Shown piece by piece: positions 60,521-64,000 of a stretch of DNA of 64,000 nt. The notes beneath the pieces are model-generated. The model was not told the origin of the DNA. It made no database searches and worked only from the letters and a program-made list of their open reading frames with translations. The stretch covers positions 6,492 through 70,491 of the forward strand of contig CAWJXX010000009.1 in the NCBI GenBank assembly GCA_963846945.1, read 5' to 3'. Within the stretch, counting starts at the first letter, position 1. Every line of letters begins with the position of its first letter. A program made the position numbers and the translations under genes. The stretch comes from an uncultured Gemmatimonadales bacterium. Lineage in GTDB: Bacteria; Gemmatimonadota; Gemmatimonadetes; Gemmatimonadales; GWC2-71-9.

Positions 60521-61054
60521 GTGCGCGTTCTCGGCGTCGACCCGGGCACGGCGACGCTGGGCTACGGTGTCGTCGACGCGTCACCACGTGATCCGTTTCG
60601 CCTGGTCGAGTGCGGCATCCTTCGCACCCGGGCCGACCAGTCCCTTCCCGCCCGCCTGCGCATCATCCACGATGGCATCGCCGAGCTGATCGCGCGGCAC
60701 CAGCCCGATTGCGTGGCGGTCGAGACCGCCTTCTATGCGAAGAACGTCCGGACCACTGCCGTGCTCAGCCATGCGCGCGGGGTCATCCTGCTGGCCGCCG
60801 AGACCGCGCAGGTCGTGATCGCCGAGTACGCGCCCCGCCTGGTGAAGAAGACCGTCGTGGGCACCGGAAGCGCCCTCAAGCCGCAAGTGGCGTACATGGT
60901 CGCGCAGCTGCTGCGCCTTCGGACACCGCCGTCCCCTGCCGACGCGGCCGATGGTGTCGCCATCGCGTTGACGCACCTGCTGCTGCATCACGCGGCGCGG
61001 GATCCGCGTATGGGAGCCCGGACCGTGATCGCGCAGCCCCGGGTCCGCGCATGA
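60521..61054 (+). CDS. ruvC: Crossover junction endodeoxyribonuclease RuvC
   Basis: GTG 60521 opens VRVLGVDPGTATLGYGVV. It also has VAVETAFYAKNVRTT and DAADGVAIALTH. It lies inside track ORF 60398-61054. Confidence 0.9.
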   Translation: MRVLGVDPGTATLGYGVVDASPRDPFRLVECGILRTRADQSLPARLRIIHDGIAELIARHQPDCVAVETAFYAKNVRTTAVLSHARGVILLAAETAQVVIAEYAPRLVKKTVVGTGSALKPQVAYMVAQLLRLRTPPSPADAADGVAIALTHLLLHHAARDPRMGARTVIAQPRVRA

Positions 61055-61635
61055 TAGCGCTCGTGACCGGCACCCTCGCGTCGCGCGCCGGCGAGACACT
61101 CGTGGTGGCAACCGACGGCGGCGTGGGGTATGAAGTGCATGTGCCCCTTGGTGTGCTCGAACGCCTCCCGGTGCTGGGAACCCGCGTGACCTTTCACACC
61201 GAACTGGTGGTGCGGGAGGATGCCTGGTCGCTGTTCGGGTTCGACCGTCCATCCGAGCGCGATGTATTCCAGCGACTGCTGGGCGCCAGCGGCTTCGGTC
61301 CGCGCCTGGCACTCGCACTGATCTCGACGCTCGGCGCCGATCGTGCCGTGCGCGCCATCAAGAGCCGCGACCTGGCGATCCTCGGCAGCGTGCCCGGCAT
61401 CGGCAAGAAGAAGGCGGAGCGACTCGCCCTCGAACTCCAGGACAAGCTCGATGATATCGCGACGTCGGCCCCCGGCATTCCCTCGATCGGTCCGGCGGAG
61501 GAAGCCGTGCGCGCGCTGATGGCGCTGGGCTATGCGCCCGCACAGGCGGACAAGGCGGTGCAATCGGCACTGGCCGCCGGCGCCGCGGATGCCGCGGCAC
61601 TGATCCGCGGCGCACTGCGTGCGCTGGCGCCCTGA
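61051..61635 (+). CDS. ruvA: Holliday junction branch migration complex subunit RuvA
   Basis: ATG 61051 overlaps the ruvC stop. It reads MIALVTGTL...GVGYEVHVP...LFGF, with the HhH motif LGSVPGIGKKKAERL. Confidence 0.9.
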   Translation: MIALVTGTLASRAGETLVVATDGGVGYEVHVPLGVLERLPVLGTRVTFHTELVVREDAWSLFGFDRPSERDVFQRLLGASGFGPRLALALISTLGADRAVRAIKSRDLAILGSVPGIGKKKAERLALELQDKLDDIATSAPGIPSIGPAEEAVRALMALGYAPAQADKAVQSALAAGAADAAALIRGALRALAP

Positions 61636-61638
61636 CCG

Positions 61639-62400
61639 ATGATGAACCGGCTGCGCGACTTCGCTCACTGGCTTTCGCCCTACATCGAGCGATTCGGTTT
61701 TGTACGCGGAACCCGCATCGGCCTCGCGATACGCCGCCTCGACTACGCGGGGGTGAGCGGGACGCTGGTTTCGGTGCCGGTGCCCGGTGGGCCAGCCCTC
61801 GTGGGACGTGCCCGGACACATGACGGCGCCGTCATCCGGCAGATTTATTTGTGGCGTGAACTCGAGGCCGATTTCCCCGGGGCCGTACGGACGATCGTCG
61901 ATGCCGGCGCAAATATCGGTGTGTCGGCACGTTACCTCGCACAGCGATTTCCGGGTGCCCGCATCGTCTGCCTCGAGGTGGACCGCGGCAATGTCGAGCT
62001 CCTGTCACGCAACGTCGGTAGCGTTCCCGGTGCGCAAGTGCGATCGCAGGCGCTCTGGGGTCGACGCGCGCGCGTGGCGATCGAAAACCCGACGGCGGCA
62101 ACGGACGGGTACCGCTGCATCGAGCGGGCCGATGGACCCATCGATGCAGTGGGGCTGGCAGACCTGCTTGACGAGCTGGGACTCGAGACGCTCGACCTGC
62201 TGAAGCTCGATATCGAGGGAGCCGAACTCGAGGTCTTTACGCGGGAACCGGAGCGTTGGCTGCCCCGTGTCCGCATGATCATGGTGGAGTTGCACGACCG
62301 GTATCGCCCCGGCTGCACCCAGGCGATGAATGACATCGTCCGGGCCGGCGGCTATGCACTTTCCCAGTCGGGTGAGTATTTCCTGCTGGCGCGCGCCTGA
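61639..62400 (+). CDS. FkbM family methyltransferase
   Basis: Intact 253-aa ORF with TIVDAGANIGVSARYLA and DLLKLDIEGAELEVF, the hallmarks of the FkbM family. Confidence 0.8.
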   Translation: MMNRLRDFAHWLSPYIERFGFVRGTRIGLAIRRLDYAGVSGTLVSVPVPGGPALVGRARTHDGAVIRQIYLWRELEADFPGAVRTIVDAGANIGVSARYLAQRFPGARIVCLEVDRGNVELLSRNVGSVPGAQVRSQALWGRRARVAIENPTAATDGYRCIERADGPIDAVGLADLLDELGLETLDLLKLDIEGAELEVFTREPERWLPRVRMIMVELHDRYRPGCTQAMNDIVRAGGYALSQSGEYFLLARA

Positions 62401-62431
62401 TCACCACTTCCTGAACGCGGAGACGCCCTGA

Positions 62432-62614
62432 ATGCCGGTGGCTGCCGTAACCGCCGAATGGCTGTGTACCCGTTGTGGATCCACCAATCGCAAGCTGGTG
62501 GCCGCTGATACGACCCGGACCACCGACCGCTGCGTCACCTGTGGTACCAGGCATGTGCTGGAACCGGGCGAGCGTCCGGTGCGCTGGACCGCACGGGCTT
62601 ACTCTTCGGCATGA
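62432..62614 (+). CDS. Small zinc-ribbon protein (hypothetical)
   Basis: 60-aa ORF with two CxxC pairs (CTRCG...CVTCG). Its stop overlaps the ruvB start (ATGA at 62611-62614), and its third-position GC is moderately high. Confidence 0.5.
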   Translation: MPVAAVTAEWLCTRCGSTNRKLVAADTTRTTDRCVTCGTRHVLEPGERPVRWTARAYSSA

Positions 62615-63642
62615 CTTCCTCGCGGCTCCAGGTCACCACGCCGGACGCGCTGCCCGATGAGCCGGGTGCGGACGCCGCACTGCGCCCGTCGCGGCTCGAC
62701 GAGTTCGTCGGCCAGGACCAGGTGCGCTCGTCGCTCCAGATCGCGATCGACGCCGCGAAGCAGCGGGGCGAGACGCTGGATCACACCCTCTTCTTCGGGC
62801 CGCCAGGGCTGGGCAAGACGACGCTCGCCATGTTGATGGCGCGCGAAATGGGGGTGCAACTTCGGACCAGTTCCGGCCCGGTCCTCGAGAAGGCCGGCGA
62901 CCTGGTCGGGCTGCTCACCGGACTTGGCCCCGGTGACATGCTGTTCATCGACGAAATTCATCGCCTCAAGCCGACACTCGAGGAGTTCCTCTATCCGGCG
63001 ATGGAGGACTACCGCGTCGACGTGCGCATCAGCGATGGACCGAATGCGCAGACCATTCCGATGTCGCTCGAGCGCTTCACGCTCATCGGTGCCACCACCC
63101 GATTTGGCCTGATGACCCCGCCCATGCGGGCTCGCTTTGGCATTGTCGAGCGGCTGGGCTTCTACGCGCCGGAAGAGCTGCATCGCATCATCCTGCGGTC
63201 GGCATCCATTCTCGGTGTGCCGATCGATGAGGAGGGCGCCGCAGAACTGGCGCGTCGCAGCCGCGGGACGCCCCGGATCGCCAATCGCCTGCTGCGGCGC
63301 GTGCGTGACTATGCCCAGGTGAAGGCAGGCGGCCATATCACCGGCACGGTGGCAACCGAGGCGCTCAGCCGCCTCAATGTCGACGAGTTCGGCCTCGATG
63401 ACATGGATGCGCGCATCCTGATGACCATCATCGAGAAGTTTGGCGGCGGCCCGGTCGGGCTCGGCACCGTGGCGGTCGCGGTCGGCGAGGATGCCGACAC
63501 GCTGCAGGACGTCTACGAGCCATACCTCATCCAGCAGGGCTTTCTCGAGCGCACGCCGCGCGGCCGCTGCGCGACCGCACTCGCCTACAAGCGGTTCGGC
63601 CTCGCCCCCCCGGCCCAGCAGACCACGATCTTTGGCAGCTGA
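62611..63642 (+). CDS. ruvB: Holliday junction branch migration DNA helicase RuvB
   Basis: Intact 343-aa ORF with Walker [12 protein letters not shown], Walker [10 protein letters not shown] and [16 protein letters not shown]. Confidence 0.95.
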   Translation: MTSSRLQVTTPDALPDEPGADAALRPSRLDEFVGQDQVRSSLQIAIDAAKQRGETLDHTLFFGPPGLGKTTLAMLMAREMGVQLRTSSGPVLEKAGDLVGLLTGLGPGDMLFIDEIHRLKPTLEEFLYPAMEDYRVDVRISDGPNAQTIPMSLERFTLIGATTRFGLMTPPMRARFGIVERLGFYAPEELHRIILRSASILGVPIDEEGAAELARRSRGTPRIANRLLRRVRDYAQVKAGGHITGTVATEALSRLNVDEFGLDDMDARILMTIIEKFGGGPVGLGTVAVAVGEDADTLQDVYEPYLIQQGFLERTPRGRCATALAYKRFGLAPPAQQTTIFGS

Positions 63643-64000
63643 CCGCCCGCTCTCGCTCGCTGACTTCGACTACGCCCTCCCACCGGAACTGATCGCGCAG
63701 GAGCCGGTGTCCGTGCGGGGTGACAGCCGGCTGCTCGTCATGACTCCATCGTCACCGCCCTTCGAGGATCGCACGTTCACCGATATCGTCGGGCTCCTTT
63801 CACCCGGCGACCTGCTGGTCCTCAACTCCACCCGCGTTCGGCATGCCCGGCTGCTCGGAACGCGCCCCTCCGGCGGCGACGCCGAAGTCCTGCTGATTCA
63901 TCCAGCCACTGACGACGCCTGGGTCGCGATGGGCCGGCCGGGAAGCGCCATGAAGCCTGGAAAGCGCATCACGCTTGCACCGGAGGTATTCGTCGAAACG
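63632..64000 (+). CDS. queA: S-adenosylmethionine:tRNA ribosyltransferase-isomerase, N-terminal part (runs off window end)
   Basis: The frame containing [18 protein letters not shown]...SRLLV...[11 protein letters not shown]...[10 protein letters not shown] is open to the window end. No ATG is present, so a candidate TTG at 63632 is uncertain. Confidence 0.8.
   Translation, partial: MAADRPLSLADFDYALPPELIAQEPVSVRGDSRLLVMTPSSPPFEDRTFTDIVGLLSPGDLLVLNSTRVRHARLLGTRPSGGDAEVLLIHPATDDAWVAMGRPGSAMKPGKRITLAPEVFVET

Noticed and set aside
59614-60549. Upstream two-thirds of the 466-aa minus ORF 59149-60549
   Set aside because: It is antisense to the YebC-family gene. Only the last 154 codons (signal peptide plus lipobox onward) look like a real protein.

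Overview
High-GC (~66%) bacterial chromosomal window with no rRNA, tRNA, CRISPR array, transposase or integrase that I could recognise. Protein signatures hint at a Gemmatimonadota/FCB-like organism, but that is weak inference. Positions 1-36 kb and 44-58 kb form a large cell-surface polysaccharide/LPS region. It holds nucleotide-sugar enzymes (sugar dehydrogenase, rfbF, rfbC, epimerase, C-methyltransferase, SDR), a Wzm/Wzt ABC exporter, at least eight glycosyltransferases, four membrane-anchored SGNH-like proteins, a carbamoyltransferase-SxtJ-DUF5989 trio, an MsbA-like exporter and a GT9 heptosyltransferase. Housekeeping genes are interspersed: argR, a class A PBP, tyrS, and yebC-ruvC-ruvA-ruvB-queA. 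The most interesting candidate is a compact four-gene module at 2.0-7.0 kb (SGNH-like, FkbH-like loader, acyl carrier protein, MBOAT). It looks like a Dlt-type carrier-protein/MBOAT acylation relay primed by an FkbH enzyme instead of an adenylating ligase. Other notable items follow. Two tandem paralogous Big_2-repeat lipoproteins share a 980-bp near-identical 3' block, and each has a CRP/FNR-type palindrome in an AT-rich upstream island. A PorX-like receiver-PglZ protein is translationally coupled to an MsbA-like exporter. A patatin is fused to a ferredoxin-like domain, and a PIG-L deacetylase carries a C-terminal domain that also occurs as a stand-alone paralog next door. Major caveat: between ~3.5 and ~49 kb many genes, including essential tyrS and the PBP, are broken by single-base frame changes, whereas 50-64 kb is clean. 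This most likely reflects indel errors in the assembly. Boundaries of interrupted genes are therefore approximate and were reconstructed by joining collinear ORF-track fragments.
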